NCBI RefSeq assembly: GCF_001194135.2
Contig: NC_068988.1
Coordinates: 38,492,221 to 38,555,241, forward strand
Direction of reading: 5' to 3'
From: Octopus bimaculoides
Lineage: Eukaryota
DNA length: 63,021 nt
Below the pieces are notes generated by a model. It worked only from the letters and a program-made list of their open reading frames with translations, was not told the origin of the DNA and made no database searches. The position numbers and the translations under genes were made by a program. Positions 62,628 to 63,021 of the stretch are shown in pieces (positions within the stretch are counted from its first letter, which is position 1; every line of letters starts with the position of its first letter).

Positions 62628-62983
62628 AAGGTTGACAAGGAACACACGAGTTGATATATATATGGAAAAATGTCAAGGTAGAAAATGTTAAAATAATTTT
62701 ATAAAAAACATTTCAGTACCAGTTTCAGTCATTGAGACTTTTTCAAGTATGGAAAACAATTAAATTTTGGAAAAATTAAACAAAAAGTTTTTTAAAAGAA
62801 TATTTGCATAGTATTCAAGTACAAGGGACATTTTCCTTGTTTCTGCCTGTCTCTGTCTCTCATGTTTACTCTTGTAACAAGATGGCTCAATAACTGAAGA
62901 GATGGCGGCATGCGTTTCCGCCCGACATCCCAAACTCAGAATTTCATCATGGCTACCGAATAATTGTCACATATTATATTTAT

Positions 62984-63021
<38 letters not shown>

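Overview
No host protein-coding gene, tRNA/rRNA gene or CRISPR array can be supported in this window. It is AT-rich, repeat-saturated animal DNA, intronic or intergenic. The repeat content (tRNA-headed SINEs, RTE LINEs, very dense CA/TA/GAT microsatellites) looks like an octopod cephalopod genome; that is an inference from recognising the repeats. The long ORFs in the track are microsatellite, satellite, N-gap or dead-transposon artefacts. Recognisable mobile elements: a heavily fragmented Ty3/Gypsy fossil (gag-PR-RT-RH-IN, ~2.1-7.1 kb); several RTE LINE fragments; a full-length degenerate mariner with TIRs and TA TSD; other Tc1/mariner pieces; a POGK-like pogo transposase; TTAA and hAT MITEs; a Helitron-like 5' end; and dozens of SINE copies from at least four families (A-D, my labels). 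The most interesting signal is a set of minimal type I hammerhead-ribozyme folds of the Penelope-like kind in several unrelated repeat families. One sits at the 3' end of a tRNA-headed SINE present twice, with a fold-back 5' end in the full-length copy. Also notable: an inverted SINE pair homogenised to ~95% identity, a 130-bp-arm palindrome nested in a hAT MITE, a satellite built from overlapping kB/STAT/HSE-like motifs, and one well-formed candidate 57-nt exon. All alignments and folds were done by eye; coordinates of degenerate elements are approximate.
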